Positions 12,308 to 24,043 of a DNA stretch of 64,000 nt are shown piece by piece. A program made the translations under genes and the position numbers. The notes under the pieces were generated by a model that saw nothing but the letters and a program-made list of their open reading frames with translations, searched no databases and was not told the DNA's origin. The first letter of the stretch is position 1. Every line of letters begins with the position of its first letter. Source of the DNA: Lingula anatina (Eukaryota > Animalia > Brachiopoda); NCBI GenBank assembly GCA_051362555.1, contig CM120647.1, positions 10,578,651 through 10,642,650 on the forward strand, read 5' to 3'.

Positions 12308-15209
12308 GGTGTGTTTGGTCATTTGTAGTGAGGGTAAAGTGCTGGAAGAGTGATTGTGTCATTATTTAGGAAGAAAAAGAGCAAAAACTCTCTCCACCCC
12401 CCCTCTCTCCAAATCCTGTTCTCAGGTGTGCTTTCTGGCAATCTTTAAAGCTGAAATTGGGGGCTTTAATGAAGTGACCCGGGCGCGTTTCCACATTTTT
12501 TATGAATGTCAGGTGTGGTAAATTAATTTTCATCACTTTTTGGAAAAATTGGTGACGGGTCATTTTTGGGTGATTTTGAGAGATTTTCGTAAGGTCCGGA
12601 TATGGCAGTTTTCTTCAATTTTGGCCAGGTAGGGATGAAAAATTTTTTTTCTTCAATATTGTGTCAGGTAGGTGTGTTTGGTCATTTGTAGTGAGGGTAA
12701 AGTGCTGGAAGAGTGATTGTGTCATTATTTAGGAAGAAATAGAGCAAAAACTCTCTCCACCCCCCCTCTCTCCAAATCCTGTTCTCAGGTGTGCTTTCTG
12801 GCAATCTTTAAAGCTGAAATTGGGGGCTTTAATGAAGTGACCCGGGCGCGTTTCCACATTTTTTATGAATGTCAGATGTGGTAAATTAATTTTCATCACT
12901 TTTTGGAAAAATTGGTGACGGGTCATTTTTGGGTGATTTTGAGAGATTTTCGTAAGGTCCGGATATGGCAGTTTTCTTCAATTTTGGCCAGGTAGGGATG
13001 AAAAATTTTTTTCTTCAATATTGTGTCAGGTAGGTGTGTTTGGTCATTTGTAGTGAGGGTAAAGTGCTGGAAGAGTGATTGTGTCATTATTTAGGAAGAA
13101 ATAGAGCAAAAACTCTCTCCACCCCCCCTCTCTCCAAATCCTGTTCTCAGGTGTGCTTTCTGGCAATCTTTAAAGCTGAAATTGGGGGCTTTAATGAAGT
13201 GACCCGGGCGCGTTTCCACATTTTTTATGAATGTCAGGTGTGGTAAATTAATTTTCATCACTTTTTGGAAAAATTGGTGACGGGTCATTTTTGGGTGATT
13301 TTGAGAGATTTTCGTAAGGTCCGGATATGGCAGTTTTCTTCAATTTTGGCCAGGTAGGGATGAAAAATTTTTTTCTTCAATATTGTGTCAGGTAGGTGTG
13401 TTTGGTCATTTGTAGTGAGGGTAAAGTGCTGGAAGAGTGATTGTGTCATTATTTAGGAAGAAATAGAGCAAAAACTCTCTCCACCCCCCCCCTCTCTCCA
13501 ATTCCTGTTCTCAGGTGTGCTTTCTGGCAATCTTTAAAGCTGAAATTGGGGGCTTTAATGAAGTGACCCGGGCGCGTTTCCACATTTTTTATGAATGTCA
13601 GGTGTGGTAAATTAATTTTCATCACTTTTTGGAAAAATTGGTGACGTGTCATTTTTGGGTGATTTTGAGAGATTTTCGTAAGGTCCGGATATGGCAGTTT
13701 TCTTCAATTTTGGCCAGGTAGGGATGAAAAATTTTTTTCTTCAATATTGTGTCAGGTAGGTGTGTTTGGTCATTTGTAGTGAGGGTAAAGTGCTGGAAGA
13801 GTGATTGTGTCATTATTTAGGAAGAAAAAGAGCAAAAACTCTCTCCACCCCCCCTCTCTCCAAATCCTGTTCTCAGGTGTGCTTTCTGGCAATCTTTAAA
13901 GCTGAAATTGGGGGCTTTAATGAAGTGACCCGGGCGCGTTTCCACATTTTTTATGAATGTCAGGTGTGGTAAATTAATTTTCATCACTTTTTGGAAAAAT
14001 TGGTGACGGGTCATTTTTGGGTGATTTTGAGAGATTTTCGTAAGGTCCGGATATGGCAGTTTTCTTCAATTTTGGCCAGGTAGGGATGAAAAATTTTTTT
14101 TCTTCAATATTGTGTCAGGTAGGTGTGTTTGGTCATTTGTAGTGAGGGTAAAGTGCTGGAAGAGTGATTGTGTCATTATTTAGGAAGAAATAGAGCAAAA
14201 ACTCTCTCCACCCCCCCTCTCTCCAAATCCTGTTCTCAGGTGTGCTTTCTGGCAATCTTTAAAGCTGAAATTGGGGGCTTTAATGAAGTGACCCGGGCGC
14301 GTTTCCACATTTTTTATGAATGTCAGATGTGGTAAATTAATTTTCATCACTTTTTGGAAAAATTGGTGACGGGTCATTTTTGGGTGATTTTGAGAGATTT
14401 TCGTAAGGTCCGGATATGGCAGTTTTCTTCAATTTTGGCCAGGTAGGGATGAAAAATTTTTTTCTTCAATATTGTGTCAGGTAGGTGTGTTTGGTCATTT
14501 GTAGTGAGGGTAAAGTGCTGGAAGAGTGATTGTGTCATTATTTAGGAAGAAATAGAGCAAAAACTCTCTCCACCCCCCCTCTCTCCAAATCCTGTTCTCA
14601 GGTGTGCTTTCTGGCAATCTTTAAAGCTGAAATTGGGGGCTTTAATGAAGTGACCCGGGCGCGTTTCCACATTTTTTATGAATGTCAGGTGTGGTAAATT
14701 AATTTTCATCACTTTTTGGAAAAATTGGTGACGGGTCATTTTTGGGTGATTTTGAGAGATTTTCGTAAGGTCCGGATATGGCAGTTTTCTTCAATTTTGG
14801 CCAGGTAGGGATGAAAAATTTTTTTCTTCAATATTGTGTCAGGTAGGTGTGTTTGGTCATTTGTAGTGAGGGTAAAGTGCTGGAAGAGTGATTGTGTCAT
14901 TATTTAGGAAGAAATAGAGCAAAAACTCTCTCCACCCCCCCCCTCTCTCCAATTCCTGTTCTCAGGTGTGCTTTCTGGCAATCTTTAAAGCTGAAATTGG
15001 GGGCTTTAATGAAGTGACCCGGGCGCGTTTCCACATTTTTTATGAATGTCAGGTGTGGTAAATTAATTTTCATCACTTTTTGGAAAAATTGGTGACGTGT
15101 CATTTTTGGGTGATTTTGAGAGATTTTCGTAAGGTCCGGATATGGCAGTTTTCTTCAATTTTGGCCAGGTAGGGATGAAAAATTTTTTTCTTCAATATTG
15201 TGTCAGGTA
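12308..15209. repeat. Tandem duplication of a 4-monomer block (2 x 1451 bp) within the satellite
   Basis: The same ordered variants occur twice, 1451 bp apart: gaaaAagag plus an extra T; gtcagAtgtg; a consensus unit; C9 + ccaaTtcc + gacgTgtc. Compare ORF track 12366/13817 and 13449/14900. Breakpoints are approximate. Confidence 0.9.
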
Positions 15210-18200
15210 GGTGTGTTTGGTCATTTGTAGTGAGGGTAAAGTGCTGGAAGAGTGATTGTGTCATTATTTAGGAAGAAATAGAGCAAAAACTCTCTCCACC
15301 CCCCCTCTCTCCAAATCCTGTTCTCAGGTGTGCTTTCTGGCAATCTTTAAAGCTGAAATTGGGGGCTTTAATGAAGTGACCCGGGCGCGTTTCCACATTT
15401 TTTATGAATGTCAGGTGTGGTAAATTAATTTTCATCACTTTTTGGAAAAATTGGTGACGGGTCATTTTTGGGTGATTTTGAGAGATTTTCGTAAGGTCCG
15501 GATATGGCAGTTTTCTTCAATTTTGGCCAGGTAGGGATGAAAAATTTTTTTCTTCAATATTGTGTCAGGTAGGTGTGTTTGGTCATTTGTAGTGAGGGTA
15601 AAGTGCTGGAAGAGTGATTGTGTCATTATTTAGGAAGAAATAGAGCAAAAACTCTCTCCACCCCCCCTCTCTCCAAATCCTGTTCTCAGGTGTGCTTTCT
15701 GGCAATCTTTAAAGCTGAAATTGGGGGCTTTAATGAAGTGACCCGGGCGCGTTTCCACATTTTTTATGAATGTCAGGTGTGGTAAATTAATTTTCATCAC
15801 TTTTTGGAAAAATTGGTGACGGGTCATTTTTGGGTGATTTTGAGAGATTTTCGTAAGGTCCGGATATGGCAGTTTTCTTCAATTTTGGCCAGGTAGGGAT
15901 GAAAAATTTTTTTCTTCAATATTGTGTCAGGTAGGTGTGTTTGGTCATTTGTAGTGAGGGTAAAGTGCTGGAAGAGTGATTGTGTCATTATTTAGGAAGA
16001 AATAGAGCAAAAACTCTCTCCACCCCCCCTCTCTCCAAATCCTGTTCTCAGGTGTGCTTTCTGGCAATCTTTAAAGCTGAAATTGGGGGCTTTAATGAAG
16101 TGACCCGGGCGCGTTTCCACATTTTTTATGAATGTCAGGTGTGGTAAATTAATTTTCATCACTTTTTGGAAAAATTGGTGACGGGTCATTTTTGGGTGAT
16201 TTTGAGAGATTTTCGTAAGGTCCGGATATGGCAGTTTTCTTCAATTTTGGCCAGGTAGGGATGAAAAATTTTTTTCTTCAATATTGTGTCAGGTAGGTGT
16301 GTTTGGTCATTTGTAGTGAGGGTAAAGTGCTGGAAGAGTGATTGTGTCATTATTTAGGAAGAAATAGAGCAAAAACTCTCTCCACCCCCCCTCTCTCCAA
16401 ATCCTGTTCTCAGGTGTGCTTTCTGGCAATCTTTAAAGCTGAAATTGGGGGCTTTAATGAAGTGACCCGGGCGCGTTTCCACATTTTTTATGAATGTCAG
16501 GTGTGGTAAATTAATTTTCATCACTTTTTGGAAAAATTGGTGACGGGTCATTTTTGGGTGATTTTGAGAGATTTTCGTAAGGTCCGGATATGGCAGTTTT
16601 CTTCAATTTTGGCCAGGAAGGGATGAAAAATTTTTTTCTTCAATATTGTGTCAGGTAGGTGTGTTTGGTCATTTGTAGTGAGGGTAAAGTGCTGGAAGAG
16701 TGATTGTGTCATTATTTAGGAAGAAATAGAGCAAAAACTCTCTCCACCCCCCCTCTCTCCAAATCCTGTTCTCAGGTGTGCTTTCTGGCAATCTTTAAAG
16801 CTGAAATTGGGGGCTTTAATGAAGTGACCCGGGCGCGTTTCCACATTTTTTATGAATGTCAGGTGTGGTAAATTAATTTTCATCACTTTTTGGAAAAATT
16901 GGTGACGGGTCATTTTTGGGTGATTTTGAGAGATTTTCGTAAGGTCCGGATATGGCAGTTTTCTTCAATTTTGGCCAGGTAGGGATGAAAAATTTTTTTC
17001 TTCAATATTGTGTCAGGTAGGTGTGTTTGGTCATTTGTAGTGAGGGTAAATTGCTGGAAGAGTGATTGTGTCATTATTTAGGAAGAAATAGAGCAAAAAC
17101 TCTCTCCACCCCCCTCTCTCCAAATCCTGTTCTCAGGTGTGCTTTCTGGCAATCTTTAAAGCTGAAATTGGGGGCTTTAATGAAGTGACCCGGGCGCGTT
17201 TCCACATTTTTTATGAATGTCAGGTGTGGTAAATTAATTTTCATCACTTTTTGGAAAAATTGGTGATGGGTCATTTTTGGGTGATTTTGAGAGATTTTCG
17301 TAAGGTCCGGATATGGCAGTTTTCTTCAATTTTGGCCAGGTAGGGATGAAAAATTTTTTTCTTCAATATTGTGTCAGGTAGGTGTGTTTGGTCATTTGTA
17401 GTGAGGGTAAAGTGCTGGAAGAGTGATTGTGTCATTATTTAGGAAGAAATAGAGCAAAAACTCTCTCCACCCCCCCTCTCTCCAAATCCTGTTCTCAGGT
17501 GTGCTTTCTGGCAATCTTTAAAGCTGAAATTGGGGGCTTTAATGAAGTGACCCGGGCGCGTTTCCACATTTTTTATGAATGTCAGGTGTGGTAAATTAAT
17601 TTTCATCACTTTTTGGAAAAATTGGTGACGGGTCATTTTTGGGTGATTTTGAGAGATTTTCGTAAGGTTCGGATATGGCAGTTTTCTTCAATTTTGGCCA
17701 GGTAGGGATGAAAAATTTTTTTCTTCAATATTGTGTCAGGTAGGTGTGTTTGGTCATTTGTAGTGAGGGTAAAGTGCTGGAAGAGTGATTGTGTCATTAT
17801 TTAGGAAGAAATAGAGCAAAAACTCTCTCCACCCCCCCCTCTCTCCAAATCCTGTTCTCAGGTGTGCTTTCTGGCAATCTTTAAAGCTGAAATTGGGGGC
17901 TTTAATGAAGTGACCCGGGCGCGTTTCCACATTTTTTATGAATGTCAGGTGTGGTAAATTAATTTTCATCACTTTTTGGAAAAATTGGTGACGGGTCATT
18001 TTTGGGTGATTTTGAGAGATTTTCGTAAGGTCCGGATATGGCAGTTTTCTTCAATTTTGGCCAGGTAGGGATGAAAAATTTTTTTCTTCAATATTGTGTC
18101 AGGTAGGTGTGTTTGGTCATTTGTAGTGAGGGTAAAGTGCTGGAAGAGTGATTGTGTCATTATTTAGGAAGAAATAGAGCAAAAACTCTCTCCACCCCCC

Positions 18201-21200
18201 CTCTCTCCAAATCCTGTTCTCAGGTGTGCTTTCTGGCAATCTTTAAAGCTGAAATTGGGGGCTTTAATGAAGTGACCCGGGCGCGTTTCCACATTTTTTA
18301 TGAATGTCAGGTGTGGTAAATTAATTTTCATCACTTTTTGGAAAAATTGGTGACGGGTCATTTTTGGGTGATTTTGAGAGATTTTCGTAAGGTCCGGATA
18401 TGGCAGTTTTCTTCAATTTTGGCCAGGTAGGGATGAAAAATTTTTTTCTTCAATATTGTGTCAGGTAGGTGTGTTTGGTCATTTGTAGTGAGGGTAAAGT
18501 GCTGGAAGAGTGATTGTGTCATTATTTAGGAAGAAATAGAGCAAAAACTCTCTCCACCCCCCCTCTCTCCAAATCCTGTTCTCAGGTGTGCTTTCTGGCA
18601 ATCTTTAAAGCTGAAATTGGGGGCTTTAATGAAGTGACCCGGGCGCGTTTCCACATTTTTTATGAATGTCAGGTGTGGTAAATTAATTTTCATCACTTTT
18701 TGGAAAAATTGGTGACGGGTCATTTTTGGGTGATTTTGAGAGATTTTCGTAAGGTCCGGATATGGCAGTTTTCTTCAATTTTGGCCAGGTAGGGATGAAA
18801 AATTTTTTTCTTCAATATTGTGTCAGGTAGGTGTGTTTGGTCATTTGTAGTGAGGGTAAAGTGCTGGAAGAGTGATTGTGTCATTATTTAGGAAGAAATA
18901 GAGCAAAAACTCTCTCCACCCCCCCTCTCTCCAAATCCTGTTCTCAGGTGTGCTTTCTGGCAATCTTTAAAGCTGAAATTGGGGGCTTTAATGAAGTGAC
19001 CCGGGCGCGTTTCCACATTTTTTATGAATGTCAGGTGTGGTAAATTAATTTTCATCACTTTTTGGAAAAATTGGTGACGGGTCATTTTTGGGTGATTTTG
19101 AGAGATTTTCGTAAGGTCCGGATATGGCAGTTTTCTTCAATTTTGGCCAGGTAGGGATGAAAAATTTTTTTCTTCAATATTGTGTCAGGTAGGTGTGTTT
19201 GGTCATTTGTAGTGAGGGTAAAGTGCTGGAAGAGTGATTGTGTCATTATTTAGGAAGAAATAGAGCAAAAACTCTCTCCACCCCCCCCTCTCTCCAAATC
19301 CTGTTCTCAGGTGTGCTTTCTGGCAATCTTTAAAGCTGAAATTGGGGGCTTTAATGAAGTGACCCCGGGCGCGTTTCCACATTTTTTATGAATGTCAGGT
19401 GTGGTAAATTAATTTTCATCACTTTTTGGAAAAATTGGTGACGGGTCATTTTTGGGTGATTTTGAGAGATTTTCGTAAGGTCCGGATATGGCAGTTTTCT
19501 TCAATTTTGGCCAGGTAGGGATGAAAAATTTTTTTTCTTCAATATTGTGTCAGGTAGGTGTGTTTGGTCATTTGTAGTGAGGGTACAAGTGCTGGAAGAG
19601 TGATTGTGTCATTATTTAGGAAGAAATAGAGCAAAAACTCTCTCCACCCCCCCCTCTCTCCAAATCCTGTTCTCAGGTGTGCTTTCTGGCAATCTTTAAA
19701 GCTGAAATTGGGGGCTTTAATGAAGTGACCCGGGCGCGTTTCCACATTTTTTATGAATGTCAGGTGTGGTAAATTAATTTTCATCACTTTTTGGAAAAAT
19801 TGGTGACGGGTCATTTTTGGGTGATTTTGAGAGATTTTCGTAAGGTCCGGATATGGCAGTTTTCTTCAATTTTGGCCAGGTAGGGATGAAAAATTTTTTT
19901 CTTCAATATTGTGTCAGGTAGGTGTGTTTGGTCATTTGTAGTGAGGGTAAAGTGCTGGAAGAGTGATTGTGTCATTATTTAGGAAGAAATAGAGCAAAAA
20001 CTCTCTCCACCCCCCCCTCTCTCCAAATCCTGTTCTCAGGTGTGCTTTCTGGCAATCTTTAAAGCTGAAATTGGGGGCTTTAATGAAGTGACCCGGGCGC
20101 GTTTCCACATTTTTTATGAATGTCAGGTGTGGTAAATTAATTTTCATCACTTTTTGGAAAAATTGGTGACGGGTCATTTTTGGGTGATTTTGAGAGATTT
20201 TCGTAAGGTCCGGATATGGCAGTTTTCTTCAATTTTGGCCAGGTAGGGATGAAAAATTTTTTTTCTTCAATATTGTGTCAGGTAGGTGTGTTTGGTCATT
20301 TGTAGTGAGGGTAAAGTGCTGGAAGAGTGATTGTGTCATTATTTAGGAAGAAATAGAGCAAAAACTCTCTCCACCCCCCCTCTCTCCAAATCCTGTTCTC
20401 AGGTGTGCTTTCTGGCAATCTTTAAAGCTGAAATTGGGGGCTTTAATGAAGTGACCCGGGCGCGTTTCCACATTTTTTATGAATGTCAGGTGTGGTAAAT
20501 TAATTTTCATCACTTTTTGGAAAAATTGGTGACGGGTCATTTTTGGGTGATTTTGAGAGATTTTCGTAAGGTCCGGATATGGCAGTTTTCTTCAATTTTG
20601 GCCAGGTAGGGATGAAAAATTTTTTTTCTTCAATATTGTGTCAGGTAGGTGTGTTTGGTCATTTGTAGTGAGGGTAAAGTGCTGGAAGAGTGATTGTGTC
20701 ATTATTTAGGAAGAAATAGAGCAAAAACTCTCTCCACCCCCCCTCTCTCCAAATCCTGTTCTCAGGTGTGCTTTCTGGCAATCTTTAAAGCTGAAATTGG
20801 GGGCTTTAATGAAGTGACCCGGGCGCGTTTCCACATTTTTTATGAATGTCAGGTGTGGTAAATTAATTTTCATCACTTTTTGGAAAAATTGGTGACGGGT
20901 CATTTTTGGGTGATTTTGAGAGATTTTCGTAAGGTCCGGATATGGCAGTTTTCTTCAATTTTGGCCAGGTAGGGATGAAAAATTTTTTTTCTTCAATATT
21001 GTGTCAGGTAGGTGTGTTTGGTCATTTGTAGTGAGGGTAAAGTGCTGGAAGAGTGATTGTGTCATTATTTAGGAAGAAATAGAGCAAAAACTCTCTCCAC
21101 CCCCCCTCTCTCCAAATCCTGTTCTCAGGTGTGCTTTCTGGCAATCTTTAAAGCTGAAATTGGGGGCTTTAATGAAGTGACCCGGGCGCGTTTCCACATT

Positions 21201-23968
21201 TTTTATGAATGTCAGGTGTGGTAAATTAATTTTCATCACTTTTTGGAAAAATTGGTGACGGGTCATTTTTGGGTGATTTTGAGAGATTTTCGTAAGGTCC
21301 GGATATGGCAGTTTTCTTCAATTTTGGCCAGGTAGGGATGAAAAATTTTTTTCTTCAATATTGTGTCAGGTAGGTGTGTTTGGTCATTTGTAGTGAGGGT
21401 AAAGTGCTGGAAGAGTGATTGTGTCATTATTTAGGAAGAAATAGAGCAAAAACTCTCTCCACCCCCCCCCTCTCTCCAAATCCTGTTCTCAGGTGTGCTT
21501 TCTGGCAATCTTTAAAGCTGAAATTGGGGGCTTTAATGAAGTGACCCGGGCGCGTTTCCACATTTTTTATGAATGTCAGGTGTGGTAAATTAATTTTCAT
21601 CACTTTTTGGAAAAATTGGTGACGGGTCATTTTTGGGTGATTTTGAGAGATTTTCGTAAGGTCCGGATATGGCAGTTTTCTTCAATTTTGGCCAGGTAGG
21701 GATGAAAAATTTTTTTCTTCAATATTGTGTCAGGTAGGTGTGTTTGGTCATTTGTAGTGAGGGTAAAGTGCTGGAAGAGTGATTGTGTCATTATTTAGGA
21801 AGAAATAGAGCAAAAACTCTCTCCACCCCCCCCCTCTCTCCAAATCCTGTTCTCAGGTGTGCTTTCTGGCAATCTTTAAAGCTGAAATTGGGGGCTTTAA
21901 TGAAGTGACCCGGGCGCGTTTCCACATTTTTTATGAATGTCAGGTGTGGTAAATTAATTTTCATCACTTTTTGGAAAAATTGGTGACGGGTCATTTTTGG
22001 GTGATTTTGAGAGATTTTCGTAAGGTCCGGATATGGCAGTTTTCTTCAATTTTGGCCAGGTAGGGATGAAAAATTTTTTTCTTCAATATTGTGTCAGGTA
22101 GGTGTGTTTGGTCATTTGTAGTGAGGGTAAAGTGCTGGAAGAGTGATTGTGTCATTATTTAGGAAGAAATAGAGCAAAAACTCTCTCCACCCCCCCTCTC
22201 TCCAAATCCTGTTCTCAGGTGTGCTTTCTGGCAATCTTTAAAGCTGAAATTGGGGGCTTTAATGAAGTGACCCGGGAGCGTTTCCACATTTTTTATGAAT
22301 GTCAGGTGTGGTAAATTAATTTTCATCACTTTTTGGAAAAATTGGTGACGGGTCATTTTTGGGTGATTTTGAGAGATTTTCGTAAGGTCCGGATATGGCA
22401 GTTTTCTTCAATTTTGGCCAGGTAGGGATGAAAAATTTTTTTCTTCAATATTGTGTCAGGTAGGTGTGTTTGGTCATTTGTAGTGAGGGTAAAGTGCTGG
22501 AAGAGTGATTGTGTCATTATTTAGGAAGAAATAGAGCAAAAACTCTCTCCACCCCCCCTCTCTCCAAATCCTGTTCTCAGGTGTGCTTTCTGGCAATCTT
22601 TAAAGCTGAAATTGGGGGCTTTAATGAAGTGACCCGGGCGCGTTTCCACATTTTTTATGAATGTCAGGTGTGGTAAATTAATTTTCATCACTTTTTGGAA
22701 AAATTGGTGACGGGTCATTTTTGGGTGATTTTGAGAGATTTTCGTAAGGTCCGGATATGGCAGTTTTCTTCAATTTTGGCCAGGTAGGGATGAAAAAATT
22801 TTTTTTCTTCAATATTGTGTCAGGTAGGTGTGTTTGGTCATTTGTAGTGAGGGTAAAGTGCTGGAAGAGTGATTGTGTCATTATTTAGGAAGAAATAGAG
22901 CAAAAACTCTCTCCACCCCCCCTCTCTCCAAATCCTGTTCTCAGGTGTGCTTTCTGGCAATCTTTAAAGCTGAAATTGGGGGCTTTAATGAAGTGACCCG
23001 GGCGCGTTTCCACATTTTTTATGAATGTCAGGTGTGGTAAATTAATTTTCATCACTTTTTGGAAAAATTGGTGACGGGTCATTTTTGGGTGATTTTGAGA
23101 GATTTTCGTAAGGTCCGGATATGGCAGTTTTCTTCAATTTTGGCCAGGTAGGGATGAAAAATTTTTTTCTTCAATATTGTGTCAGGTAGGTGTGTTTGGT
23201 CATTTGTAGTGAGGGTAAAGTGCTGGAAGAGTGATTGTGTCATTATTTAGGAAGAAATAGAGCAAAAACTCTCTCCACCCCCCCTCTCTCCAAATCCTGT
23301 TCTCAGGTGTGCTTTCTGGCAATCTTTAAAGCTGAAATTGGGGGCTTTAATGAAGTGACCCGGGCGCGTTTCCACATTTTTTATGAATGTCAGGTGTGGT
23401 AAATTAATTTTCATCACTTTTTGGAAAAATTGGTGACGGGTCATTTTTGGGTGATTTTGAGAGATTTTCGTAAGGTCCGGATATGGCAGTTTTCTTCAAT
23501 TTTGGCCAGGTAGGGATGAAAAAATTTTTTCTTCAATATTGTGTCAGGTAGGTGTGTTTGGTCATTTGTAGTGAGGGTAAAGTGCTGGAAGAGTGATTGT
23601 GTCATTATTTAGGAAGAAATAGAGCAAAAACTCTCTCCACCCCCCCCTCTCTCCAAATCCTGTTCTCAGGTGTGCTTTCTGGCAATCTTTAAAGCTGAAA
23701 TTGGGGGCTTTAATGAAGTGACCCGGGCGCGTTTCCACATTTTTTATGAATGTCAGGTGTGGTAAATTAATTTTCATCACTTTTTGGAAAAATTGGTGAC
23801 GGGTCATTTTTGGGTGATTTTGAGAGATTTTCGTAAGGTCCGGATATGGCAGTTTTCTTCAATTTTGGCCAGGTAGGGATGAAAAATTTTTTTCTTCAAT
23901 ATTGTGTCAGGTAGGTGTGTTTGGTCATTTGTAGTGAGGGTAAAGTGCTGGAAGAGTGATTGTGTCAT

Positions 23969-24043
23969 TATTTAGGAAGAAATAGAGCAAAAACTCTATT
24001 TATAAATAGAGCTCTATTTAGGAAGAAATAGAGCAAAAACTCT
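23969..24043. other. 46-bp insertion in one monomer: 29-bp direct duplication (23969-23997 / 24015-24043) separated by a 17-bp palindromic filler (23998-24014)
   Basis: The sequence reads tatttaggaagaaatagagcaaaaactct-atttataaatagagctc-tatttaggaagaaatagagcaaaaactct. The local period is 409 = 362 + 46 + 1 extra C. Confidence 0.95.
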
